A stretch of DNA of 64,000 nt from Nanobdellota archaeon (GTDB taxonomy: Archaea > Nanobdellota > Nanobdellia > Pacearchaeales > GW2011-AR1), in contig JBMOLG010000010.1 of assembly GCA_049324275.1 (NCBI GenBank), positions 70,266 to 134,265 of the forward strand. Direction: 5' to 3'. Both the position numbers and the translations under genes were made by a program. The notes beneath the pieces were generated by a model. That model was not told the DNA's origin and ran no database searches. It worked only from the letters and a program-made list of their open reading frames with translations. Below, piece after piece: positions 56,801-64,000 of the stretch (its first letter is position 1; each line of letters opens with the position of its first letter).

Positions 56801-57622
56801 TGCTGGACTGCTGTTAAAGATGTTTATGATGCTGTTGATGCTGAGCCATTAGCTGTTTATTCGGTCGGAACCGAAATAACTAATCCTATAACAAAAACAA
56901 AATTTTGTTTTTCAGATGGAAAGAGCAACTGCCCTGACGAGAGAAATAAAAGGAGTCCTGTGGCGCCAGAACCAGGTGACTTGATACAATTTTACAATGG
57001 ATTTTCAGGAAATATTAAAACAGATGATGGCACTGGACTTGGTGAACATAATATGATTGTTAAAAATGTCCAAAAAGAGAATGATTATACATTTAGAATT
57101 ACGGGATTCAGCCAGCCAAATGAAAACATTGGTTTAAGAGAAGAAGATAGAAGAATTTACATTTTTTCTGAAGAGAGTGAAGATAAAATTGTGCAATCAT
57201 TTAAAGCAAACGGGGCGGAAGGGATACTTACAGTGATATGGGAGCCAAAACTGCAAATTCCTGCTGAAACTAAACCTGAGAAAAATACATTTGAATATAA
57301 TTTTTTCATCCTGATAGACGGTAAAAACATTGAAATGAAAGAAGATGATATTTTTTATCGAAATGACAAAATTTTAGTGCAGATAAATCATAATTGCAAT
57401 AAATTGGAATTAAAAGAAAACAAGGCCTTACGATTTGATAGAAAAATTTCAGGCATTGACGAATTGTATAATTTAGGCGAAAAAGAATTTTTATCTGATG
57501 GAATTCATAAATTCTATATTCAATGTTTTGATTCTAATAATAAGATTGCAAGCATGAAAGAATTTTCAATCAAAATTGAAGATAAAGACAGGATTTCCAA
57601 GCAAACAGATTTTAGTTATTAA
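50861..57622 (+). CDS. Giant secreted protein (2253 aa) with TPR-like segment, Cys-rich core, lytic-transglycosylase-like domain and NlpC/P60/CHAP-like domain
   Basis: Sec signal; IAYQES (E1818), YGVMQVN, AIRYYNG, DYVEKV; CWTAV (C1981), PEPGDLIQF, GEHNMIV (H2063). Confidence 0.85.
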   Translation: MKRNKIFNFAVLIFGILIFSSLINAEFTNPAPDFKNPTTSFSYLEPNFFYSSHEGSEYWPILKDIENGQCTADNDFFVMIPPGGCTPAVVRSDLLEEQNVPVFCQLSAVKVNPLIKVSSVKSISFKGNYSNDIVDISFHPARAGVKSYYGNLLGSPLLNNIGYVVIVLKKNKVEKTMPDWVMGNLTATIYYDAEKAFGTGNAEYYSPILSEDEWKTQYGNYGFWQSNGFLRVSDIQDNKAKIVLYTSKDNIYQSLSLKEGETSNMIYFPGFYCKAGLQVKLNKIVSADNQAKLNIDGNEIWVRKGSKFLDNKCSVTEISVLEDYSGTISINCNGEKINLILQKSGALISINNDEQEYDLGDSILNLNGNNKLYFAYSGKAPANVKSESNDFILLAESSNELKKEDFLKISQKMSSISKIKKEMNADDFKSEIEKTINWISKEKLHVLFLNEEFKINEKTVKYSGAKGLIEKEYTEGNKEQLLEEYFKESDEVLNELLENYPYAQGTSEKYAEESLWNQFELAERLGKQESAKKYLEKIIELYPESKYLEKAKEKLIELYSFNYENSFANIYLSNDYHYIKVENFDPVNKEDKNVYININGETGIFGEGENIGLGKSIMNISNVDNYFVIDKIDVDELKLSYKNRSSGKSEKITLNKEDHSIMRDGKELTLIDINVKKYAYISLIPKVNNAKTNADFSFKIGIEKRGIQLSPERTKEMLNDINEQIKEWDGINQRLNKLVQGMQGTCLGLSSILILKNTLSGFSGESLARQKVMQSYRAKCDADPQYGSSKRTQCYNDLADSINSDVEKTKKSIEEYNSQIKELESKYVTKGGFFGMGEVINNTAVLNDFKDDFKSKYGDSVVLKLDDEEETIKIDNIKSFEQLKELYLMKSLEKENIGDSYLQDLEKNANVKLAPVIKEQRADNEIKQAESGLNQIFSEGKVKVKLAGEENLRTSVWDGRYNRDLKNQIQGFSGDKKIQAVTYKTNQYILVLRENTGRSNYLGVEKIFKVDGIELIDIRSVKADTLIDREEIKDAINELERYVFVAGGSCKTHIIDAKVQFYELEPNKNLPAIVPFDVESGWYAKVPQTINGVFSSEQQGYLASGDVSFFYICNVGENGLIEGIDKDICRSFDINSFEAQESSFAGCTLSSGEIKNLYENAIQAIRDASRQYGNKEITILGKKIPAGTPISGEGEVMECQDFMSPEECMLLFNVCDPVVCPVSRCNFGGKFAVQNVVQSGIIGSIALCLPNFNEGVMIPVCLTGIHAGIDSYVSLLKSERECLQKSLDSGEKIGVCDEITSIYTCEFFWRNVAPFMQLILPKAIESAYGLKGSAQSARGGGEYLTVMNAWENSQKSVDYFKNNYAQTMFRAFELRNVEQAGSEACKMFVGTSFPTSAKMLNNLLEPESPVQFNAWFSEIPFTEATTPATSQYKIYYHIYAGNDTGVQYSIYLKNPPATSYYSSIPQIGVKNGYIARGESADETLDLTAPAGYKELCVVINTQEYCGFKQVSTSFAVNYVADKVNQEQINRTDIDSEKECISGSPSILGALNPNVQAGIENSINPQINLKGIVRICASDNPGKSVEPSRWVEVGNCGNSNLKCWLDTNSVEDDLSMINAIDGTNNIADLQKQSEKLDQGILSEEDSLKELGNLREESRTAIKNLEAGELKKYSDSDLKNYIRNQINSLINNSDKFALGDSETLIGRAYSNNHIAEAISLKLDVYRAVVDGIFKQEIKELKPKFEAKPEINETNEETNKTNESGAEIIASQEGCKVFIGNKIIDIAKEIKKQNNINDEKVLDDTGSKNFECLVLQIAYQESLLQHCKKIEESSCLYCDDSAKNVLKAGGDEESYGVMQVNKDIHKNADVYNFENNVNYAIKNVLIPAWNEHKNEKVANYCGNGPYSGWRLAIRYYNGYSPNDCRQGDADYVEKVIGRKETIQKLFPDECGEKSETFASVSSATNAVLKKAGEFADEKRKSSTCWTAVKDVYDAVDAEPLAVYSVGTEITNPITKTKFCFSDGKSNCPDERNKRSPVAPEPGDLIQFYNGFSGNIKTDDGTGLGEHNMIVKNVQKENDYTFRITGFSQPNENIGLREEDRRIYIFSEESEDKIVQSFKANGAEGILTVIWEPKLQIPAETKPEKNTFEYNFFILIDGKNIEMKEDDIFYRNDKILVQINHNCNKLELKENKALRFDRKISGIDELYNLGEKEFLSDGIHKFYIQCFDSNNKIASMKEFSIKIEDKDRISKQTDFSY

Positions 57623-57702
57623 TTATAAGGGGATTCCCCAGCCAATTAGTTGGCTAAATCTTAAGATTATAATTCTTGCACAAAATATTTTTATCAATGC
57701 CA

Positions 57703-58647
57703 TTATTTTTTTGATTGTTCTTTTATTTCTATTTCAGGAGTTTTATATGGGCCTGCATAAGGCCTGCTATGGATTATTGTTTTATCTGTTGGTTGTTGAT
57801 AATTTGGACAACTTGAACTTGGTTTAAGCTCACCTGGAATTAGTATATAAGGATAGCCCCCCCATTTTATTATACTATCAACATTGCCGCATTTTTTTGT
57901 CCTCAATGTTTCAAGGCTGGCATATTTGTTTATGTCTAAGGGCAAAAATAAAATTTCTCCAAGATTATCTGTTTTGATATTTCCTGGCAAATAGAATTCT
58001 TCATTGGGGCTTAAACCGAAAGTAACATATTCATCAAATTCGGGGATGTATGGGTCTTTTCTTTTTGACTTTGGAATTTCTAATTTTAACGTTGTATGAT
58101 TTCTTTTAAGATTTAAATCTTCTAATATCCCTACTAATTTTTTTTCTTTCCATATTGTTTTTGTTTCAGGATTTTTGACAGGGAACTCTGCGGTGATGGC
58201 CCTTCGAGTTTGATAATATGCTGTCAACATATTAATATTTGTTTTATTTGATGCGGCGCAATAATTTACTGCGAAATAAAATTCCGGATTTTTTGGATGT
58301 GGTTTAAATGCAGAGCCATCTTTTGTTCTCTTTTCAAGGCAATTGTCTAGTGGAAGAAACATATAAGCAAGCGCATTATTCTCAGTTAATATAAAATCTC
58401 CTTTAATACAGGGGGTATAATTTGGCTGAATAGACTCTTCCCAAGGGATTGCAAAGAATTTTCTTCCTCTAAAATTTACGAAATTAAATTCTCCGCCTGG
58501 AAGTTTTTGTTTTATTCTCCCTTCATCCATTAGTGCAGTGTTTCCTGCAGGATTGTAATCTGATGAAACAGTTGCACATCCAGAATAGAAGCTTAAAGAA
58601 GCTACGAGAGCTAATCCGGTCAATCTTATTTGTTTTTTTGCACTCAT
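57703..58647 (-). CDS. Hypothetical lipoprotein-like secreted protein
   Basis: MSAKKQIRLTGLALVASLSFYSG|C, a lipobox-like signal. Confidence 0.7.
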   Translation of the reverse strand: MSAKKQIRLTGLALVASLSFYSGCATVSSDYNPAGNTALMDEGRIKQKLPGGEFNFVNFRGRKFFAIPWEESIQPNYTPCIKGDFILTENNALAYMFLPLDNCLEKRTKDGSAFKPHPKNPEFYFAVNYCAASNKTNINMLTAYYQTRRAITAEFPVKNPETKTIWKEKKLVGILEDLNLKRNHTTLKLEIPKSKRKDPYIPEFDEYVTFGLSPNEEFYLPGNIKTDNLGEILFLPLDINKYASLETLRTKKCGNVDSIIKWGGYPYILIPGELKPSSSCPNYQQPTDKTIIHSRPYAGPYKTPEIEIKEQSKK

Positions 58648-58849
58648 TTTTATTTAAGGGTTCTTTGATTTATAAAGTTTTTGAATATGTCACCTCTTTT
58701 AAGTTGCTCCAATAAGGAAATAATTTTTAATATGACTAAACTTAATGAATACTGCTTAAATATTTAAGAAGTCTGATTTTAGACAACTTTTTTTGAAATC
58801 TAACTTTAATAAATTAAAATCTCACATAGATTCCACTTGGTTCAATCTA

Positions 58850-58933
58850 TGCGGGGAAGAGGATTTGAACCTCTGTAGGCACTAAGCCATTAGGGCCTAA
58901 ACCTAACCCATTTGACCGCTCTGGCATCCCCGC
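58850..58933 (-). tRNA. tRNA-Leu(TAG), intronless
   Basis: GCGGGGA/TCCCCGC+A acceptor, TTAGG-TTTAGGC-CCTAA, long variable arm GGC-TTAGT-GCC, GGTTCAAATCC. Confidence 0.96.
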
Positions 58934-59013
58934 TTTATGATTTAAAAAATTGATAGTATAAAAAGATATTGACTAATAGAAATTAATTTAAATCTTATTT
59001 TATAAATTATAAC

Positions 59014-59904
59014 ATGGCAAAGATAGCGTTAATAGGAGATATAATGCTTGATATCTATTATTATACTGCGAATCGAAATAATCCTGAGAGCTCGGCGCCT
59101 GCCCATATTGTAAGCAAGAATGATATACGATATTTACCTGGCGGGGCAGGGAATGTTGCAGCGAATTTTTCATCACTGAATTCTGATTTTAGTTTGATAA
59201 GCTTGATTGGAAAAGATTCTTATGCAGGAATTTTAATAGATTCATTTAATTCATCCCATATTTCTTATGATCTTATCTTTGATTCAAATATAAATACTAT
59301 TGTAAAATCCAGGATTATAGACAAATTTGATAAACATTATCATTGCAGGCTTGATATTGAAGATAAGATAGCTACAACATCAAATCATATCAATGAGATT
59401 ATATCAAAAGTTAGGGATGCTGATTTGATTGTGATTTCAGATTATAATAAAGGCGTTGTAAATGAAGATTTAATGATTCGATTGAGAAAATTAAATATTC
59501 CAATTATTGTTGATCCAAAACCTGAGCATAAAGATTTGTACAAAAATGTCTTTTTAATAAAGCCCAATTCTGATGAAGCCAGAAGAATGATTGGAATTGA
59601 TGATGATTTAAAAGCGGGTGAATATTTAATGAAAACATTGAATGCAAATATACTTTTATCAAGAAGCGAAAAAGGCATGAGCTTTTTTGGCTTGCTTGGG
59701 GATAGATTTAATTTTCCTGCACAACCTAATGGAGAACTAAAAGATGTAACCGGGGCAGGGGATAGTGTCGTTGCAGCTTTTGCTCATTTTTTTGCAAAAC
59801 GACGAAATTTAGAAGATTGCGTAAGGCTAGCTAACAAGGCTGGGGGGATTGCCGTCTGCCATTCAGGATGTTATCATGTCCGAGAAGCTGAATTACTGGA
59901 TTGA
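59014..59904 (+). CDS. PfkB-family kinase, RfaE/HldE domain I (heptose-7-phosphate kinase-like)
   Basis: IGDIMLD.Y..NPE..P, GGAGNVA.N, ISDYNKGVV, VDPK, KPN..EA, DVTGAGD, ANKAGGIAV. Confidence 0.85.
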   Translation: MAKIALIGDIMLDIYYYTANRNNPESSAPAHIVSKNDIRYLPGGAGNVAANFSSLNSDFSLISLIGKDSYAGILIDSFNSSHISYDLIFDSNINTIVKSRIIDKFDKHYHCRLDIEDKIATTSNHINEIISKVRDADLIVISDYNKGVVNEDLMIRLRKLNIPIIVDPKPEHKDLYKNVFLIKPNSDEARRMIGIDDDLKAGEYLMKTLNANILLSRSEKGMSFFGLLGDRFNFPAQPNGELKDVTGAGDSVVAAFAHFFAKRRNLEDCVRLANKAGGIAVCHSGCYHVREAELLD

Positions 59905-59965
59905 ATTACTATTTATTAGTTATAACAAAAGAAAAATTTATTAAGCTAAAAGTTTTTTTAATGTT

Positions 59966-60910
59966 ATGAATAAAACTAAGGTAAAAACTCTATTACAAAG
60001 ATTAGAAGGAAACCCTGAAGAAGCTTTTGCTAGTTTGGATGCACGCGTAAATAGATTAGGACTTAAAATAAAAACTATCAAGGATAAAATATATCGAACT
60101 GGAATTCTAGATTCGACTTCTGCTTATATTGAAAGAATCATTATTTATAATGAAAGAGGTTCTCATGTTACAATATGCAATGATATTGTTGATGAAAGAC
60201 AAAATCCTTTACAGACAAATGAATTAAATCCTTTGGATAGAATTAAACAATTTGCACGGAACATTTCATATATGATTAATAATTGTGAACCTGATTATTT
60301 TAAAAAAAATGCTTACAAAATTTGGGAAACTTTAAATGAACTTAATCAAATTAACTTGATTGAAGCATTGGACGATAAAAATGCTGTGAAAAGATTTCAA
60401 TTAAATAGTATAGATGATTTAAAAGATGAAGCTATTATTTTTCCAAAAATTATTAATAAATTTTGGTATAGGTATTCCAAGGCATTTATTTTGCAACAAA
60501 GAATAGATAGTTATGAACTTCAACGTAATATCAATTTTGAATTAAAAGATTATCTTGAAAATTTAAGTGAGGTTCTTCGACAAATTTGCAGTAATACCGC
60601 AGAACTTTTTGAAATAACTGGACTTGTCCCGCATAAAATTGAATTTTTTAAAACTACATTTGATGATTCTATACACGATTCTACTGAAAGATTTTCTCTG
60701 CTTCGCGATGAGCATGATTTTAATTTACTTTTAAAATCTAAAGTAGATGAAGCACATGAAAAAGGCTTGTCGGCTAATGGGATGATTTATGATATTCTTG
60801 AACTTGGTTATAATTCCTCATTTGGCTCTGAAAAATCAGATGTTGCCAGATATCAGGATACTGAGGGATCTTATTCAAGACTTAATTATAGTGTGAGAAA
60901 TTTAAAATAA
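59966..60910 (+). CDS. Hypothetical protein
   Basis: 314-aa helical ORF with TTTATTAA promoter. Confidence 0.75.
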   Translation: MNKTKVKTLLQRLEGNPEEAFASLDARVNRLGLKIKTIKDKIYRTGILDSTSAYIERIIIYNERGSHVTICNDIVDERQNPLQTNELNPLDRIKQFARNISYMINNCEPDYFKKNAYKIWETLNELNQINLIEALDDKNAVKRFQLNSIDDLKDEAIIFPKIINKFWYRYSKAFILQQRIDSYELQRNINFELKDYLENLSEVLRQICSNTAELFEITGLVPHKIEFFKTTFDDSIHDSTERFSLLRDEHDFNLLLKSKVDEAHEKGLSANGMIYDILELGYNSSFGSEKSDVARYQDTEGSYSRLNYSVRNLK

Positions 60911-60913
60911 AAA

Positions 60914-61852
60914 TCAATCTGTTTTATCTTTTTCGATTTTGTTTTCAGCTTCTTTAATCTTTATCTTATCTTCTAAGTCTAATTTGTCTAATAATTCTTT
61001 ATAACGATTTCTGATTGTAACTTCTGTAATTCCTGCGACATCTGCAACTTCTCTTTGGGTTTTCTTTTCATTGTTCAACAAAGCTGCGACATATAATGCT
61101 GCTGCTGCAATTCCTGCAGGGCCCCTGCCTGATGTTAACTCTGTGATTTCAGCTTTTTTCAAAATTTTCAATGCTTCATTTTGAGTTTTTGGGGATAAAT
61201 GCAAGACTGATGCAAATCTTGAAATGTAATCTTTCGGCGAGGATGGGACCACTTTAAGTCCTATTTTTCTTATAATAAATCTGTAGGTTCTTCCAATTTC
61301 TTTTCTTTCAACTTCTGATGCTGCTGAAATCTCGTCAAGAGTTCTTGGTATCCCATATGAACGGCATGCTGCATAGATACATGCTGCAATTACTGATTCC
61401 ATGCTTCTCCCTCTTACCATTCCTCTTTGTAAAATATAATTGTAAACTCTTGCTGCTTCTTCCCTGACGACTGAAGGCAATTCCAAAAATGACGCTACTC
61501 TTCTTAATTCAGACATGGCCAGTCTTAAATTTCTTTCAATAGAAGTAGAAACTCTTTCCTGCCATCTTTTTAATCTTAAATATTTTCTTGTTTGTTGTGT
61601 AGAATTCAATTTGTAAATATCGGAAATTTCTCCGACGTTAGTGATTAATCCTTTATCGAATTTTTGCATTGAAATTGGAGGCCCTCCTCGGGTTTTTTTC
61701 TCTGCTTTATTAAATGCTCTAAGCTCATGGGTTGTATCAACCATTTTTTCTTCTACAAGAAGCCCGCAATTTCCACAAATTACTTCGCCCCGAGATTCAT
61801 CATAAACTAGATTTGAACTATTGCACTCGGGACATTTTTTTATATAAGCCAT
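60914..61852 (-). CDS. tfb: Transcription initiation factor TFB
   Basis: CPECNS..GEVICGNCG Zn ribbon, ERNLRLAM.EL, RGRSME, PRTLDEI, TQREVA.VAGITEVTIRNRYKEL. Confidence 0.98.
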   Translation of the reverse strand: MAYIKKCPECNSSNLVYDESRGEVICGNCGLLVEEKMVDTTHELRAFNKAEKKTRGGPPISMQKFDKGLITNVGEISDIYKLNSTQQTRKYLRLKRWQERVSTSIERNLRLAMSELRRVASFLELPSVVREEAARVYNYILQRGMVRGRSMESVIAACIYAACRSYGIPRTLDEISAASEVERKEIGRTYRFIIRKIGLKVVPSSPKDYISRFASVLHLSPKTQNEALKILKKAEITELTSGRGPAGIAAAALYVAALLNNEKKTQREVADVAGITEVTIRNRYKELLDKLDLEDKIKIKEAENKIEKDKTD

Positions 61853-61913
61853 TTTCCTAAAGGTTTATAAATTTAACGCATCAGAACTTTATAAAGCTTT
61901 CTGCTTATTCTCA

Positions 61914-62276
61914 TTATTCTTTTAATAGAATTCCCTGAATAATCCCTTCCTGACTTGGCCGGTTTGTGATTTTAGCTTTTCCTAAATCTGTTTCAATTAT
62001 TGCTCCTTTTTCCAAAATGTTTTGCCTGGCTAAAAATCTATTTGAAGGAGTTTCTATAACAGTTTTTATGTTAACTTTTGTTGCTTTTCCTTTTACAATT
62101 AAATTAATAACTTTTCCAGATAAAGATACAAGCTTTTTATCCCCACCTCTTGTTCTCAAAATCTTTGTTTTTTTCTCTCCGAGTTTTACAGCTCTTCTTT
62201 GACCAGATTTTTCATATAATTTTTTCTTCCTTGTTTTTTTGTATTTTCCGCTTGTAATTTTTCTTCCTTGATTCAT
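61914..62276 (-). CDS. rps8e: Ribosomal protein eS8
   Basis: GRKITSGKY..RKKKLYE, RTRGG, NILEKGAIIETDLGKAKITNRPSQEG. Confidence 0.97.
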   Translation of the reverse strand: MNQGRKITSGKYKKTRKKKLYEKSGQRRAVKLGEKKTKILRTRGGDKKLVSLSGKVINLIVKGKATKVNIKTVIETPSNRFLARQNILEKGAIIETDLGKAKITNRPSQEGIIQGILLKE

Positions 62277-62335
62277 ATTAAACTTCAGAAATAATGGTTT
62301 AAATATCTTTTTGTCTTATCTTAATTTTGCTTAAA

Positions 62336-62776
62336 TTATTTTTTAGAGTAAGTTCCTATTAATTGTGATTTTTCAATAATATGATTCTGCATTTCATCTT
62401 CTAATTCTTCCTTTGAAGCACCTTTGGGGAGGCTTAAATTATCATCTAATGCATAAACCTTAAAGAAATATCTATGCGTTCCTGACGGAGGGCAAGGCCC
62501 GCTATATTCTAATTCCTGAGAATCATTTGCACCTTTAATTCCAAATATTTCTCCATTTTCTTCTATTTTAATACTAGTACTTGCAATCGGAATATTCCAA
62601 ATAATCCAATGAACCCAAACCTTTGCAGGCGCGTCAGGATCGTCCATAATTATCGCAAGCGATTTAGTTTTTTTGGGAATATCGGAAATTTCTAATGGTG
62701 GACTAATATTCTCTCCATCGCAGGTATATTTTTTTGGAATCTCTTTTCCATCATTAAAAGCACTTTTTATTTTCAT
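62336..62776 (-). CDS. YbhB/YbcL (PEBP/RKIP-like) protein
   Basis: IPKKYTCDGENISPPL, DDPDAP..WVHW, YSGPCPPSGTHRYFF..YALD. Confidence 0.95.
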   Translation of the reverse strand: MKIKSAFNDGKEIPKKYTCDGENISPPLEISDIPKKTKSLAIIMDDPDAPAKVWVHWIIWNIPIASTSIKIEENGEIFGIKGANDSQELEYSGPCPPSGTHRYFFKVYALDDNLSLPKGASKEELEDEMQNHIIEKSQLIGTYSKK

Positions 62777-62923
62777 AGATTAGAGAAGCAACCAAATTAT
62801 AAAAATTTTTGCTATTTAGGTTCTTTGAACTTTTAATTGAATTTAAAATCTTCATTCAATCTTCATTTGAATTTTCTACAAATTTTGTCAATTCAAAACT
62901 TTTTCAATAACCTATTATTATAT

Positions 62924-63232
62924 TTATAGATGATAAATTTTGATATATAAAAAATCCAAAAATAAATGTGAAATTATTCCGATTCCCAATAACATTAGAT
63001 CTTTGATAAAAAGAAATATAATAGAAATAATCAATAATGTAATCCAATGCTTATGCAAGAAATGGGTCTTAAATGGATTTCTTTTTTTAACATAAATCGG
63101 TTTAGAAAATAAATGATCTAAATCTATTAGTTCGGCACTTAATAATAACACAATATTTGCTTTAATAATTATAAATTTATTCAAAATCAAATAAATCAAC
63201 AAAGAAAAGGCTATATGTATTACTGTTATCAT
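62924..63232 (-). CDS. Small membrane protein (YdjM/DUF6122-like; start revised to MITVIH)
   Basis: H...LIDLDHL...HFLH...SHLFLD motifs with TM helices. Confidence 0.7.
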   Translation of the reverse strand: MITVIHIAFSLLIYLILNKFIIIKANIVLLLSAELIDLDHLFSKPIYVKKRNPFKTHFLHKHWITLLIISIIFLFIKDLMLLGIGIISHLFLDFLYIKIYHL

Positions 63233-63281
63233 ATTTCTAAATTTATCAAGATTTAAAAATATCAATTCATATTAATAATTA

Positions 63282-64000
63282 ATGGTTGTATTCGCCAGAA
63301 AAAAGCAGGGTCATTTAATAATAACTAGTCTGAGTAAACTTGCATTTATTACATTAGTTGTATCTTTAGCATCTGCATTCACTAGTACTGTTTGGGCAGT
63401 CTATATAGACAGCTTTGTTCATAATACTTCAAAAGTTGGATTTATATCAGCAACATTAACTATTGTAAGTTTTATAGCTTATTTTTATTTTATCCCTTTA
63501 ATCGAAAAATCCGATAAATCCAGATTATATGCAACCACATTAATTTTGTTTATAATCTCTTATATTTTATTAGCAATAAACCGGTCTTTTTACATATTTT
63601 TGATTTTAGCATTTATTATAACTATCGTTACAGCATTAAGGGTTACATGTTTTGGAATTATAATAAAAGATAAATCTTCCAAGAGTAAACTCTCTCGAAA
63701 TGAAGGCATCATTTACACATCGATGAATTTTGCCTTTCTTATTGGTCCGTTAATTGCAGGTTATTTCGCAGAAATCTTAGGCGTTAATTTTATTTTTTTA
63801 CTTGCTGCACTTCTATTTGCTTTAGCCTTTGTTGCATTCAAACTTTCGAAAATACATGATGTAAACAAAAAAAAGAAAATCGACGGTAATTTAAGGAAAA
63901 ATTTTATTGATTATTTTAAAAATAAGAAAAGAATAATTGCTTATATTATCGGCGGGGGGATAAATTTCTGGTTTGTTCTGATTTATGTCTATATGCCTTT
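63282..64000 (+). CDS. MFS transporter (3' partial; not in ORF track)
   Basis: Open frame from ATG 63282 to the window end; multiple TM helices, VGFISA, NEGIIYTSMNFAFLIGPLIAG. Confidence 0.85.
   Translation, partial: MVVFARKKQGHLIITSLSKLAFITLVVSLASAFTSTVWAVYIDSFVHNTSKVGFISATLTIVSFIAYFYFIPLIEKSDKSRLYATTLILFIISYILLAINRSFYIFLILAFIITIVTALRVTCFGIIIKDKSSKSKLSRNEGIIYTSMNFAFLIGPLIAGYFAEILGVNFIFLLAALLFALAFVAFKLSKIHDVNKKKKIDGNLRKNFIDYFKNKKRIIAYIIGGGINFWFVLIYVYMP

Noticed and set aside
58825-58851. Hairpin CATAGATT...AATCTATG at the tRNA-Leu 3' end, considered as an att remnant
   Set aside because: It is an inverted rather than direct repeat, and no second copy of the tRNA end was found; at most a processing or terminator hairpin
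984-62202. Many 60-137-aa ORFs antisense to or nested in long genes (e.g. 2257-2622, 7344-7748, 22225-22638, 44995-45396, 54190-54498)
   Set aside because: Phe/Ser/Ile/Leu-rich mirror translations expected opposite A-rich coding strands; no motifs or promoters
1-64000. CRISPR array, diversity-generating retroelement, IS or provirus
   Set aside because: No regularly spaced repeats, reverse transcriptase, TR/VR pair, transposase, integrase or virion genes recognised by eye; diverged copies could be missed

Overview
Very AT-rich, densely coding archaeal chromosome segment that reads cleanly in the standard code. Markers include RadA, TFB, aIF2-alpha, aEF-1beta, GINS, RPA, SRP54/FtsY, eS1/eS8/eS27/eL42/uS15, stand-alone Bud32 and EndoQ, plus TATA-box leaderless genes and BHB-type tRNA introns. 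The trimmed ribosomal proteins and many class III signal-peptide proteins suggest a DPANN archaeon, probably Pacearchaeota/Woesearchaeota (inference). There are five tRNA genes, four with 37/38 introns. No rRNA, CRISPR array, integrase or transposase was seen. Highlights: (1) a 2253-aa secreted protein with a lytic-transglycosylase-like domain and an NlpC/P60/CHAP-like Cys-His domain, coupled to a 615-aa class III signal protein, with a prepilin-peptidase/pilin-like cluster in the same window; together a candidate cell-wall-attacking host-contact apparatus; (2) three regulator/divergent-cargo cassettes, each with an 18-bp palindromic operator candidate; (3) a 110-bp hairpin element with a 21-bp duplication at the tRNA-Thr 3' end and a relative beside tRNA-Val; (4) a HEPN plus membrane-protein islet downstream of tRNA-Arg; (5) a triple methyltransferase fusion; (6) small ORFs missed by the track and two frameshifted genes. 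All protein calls come from motif recognition by eye, not database searches.
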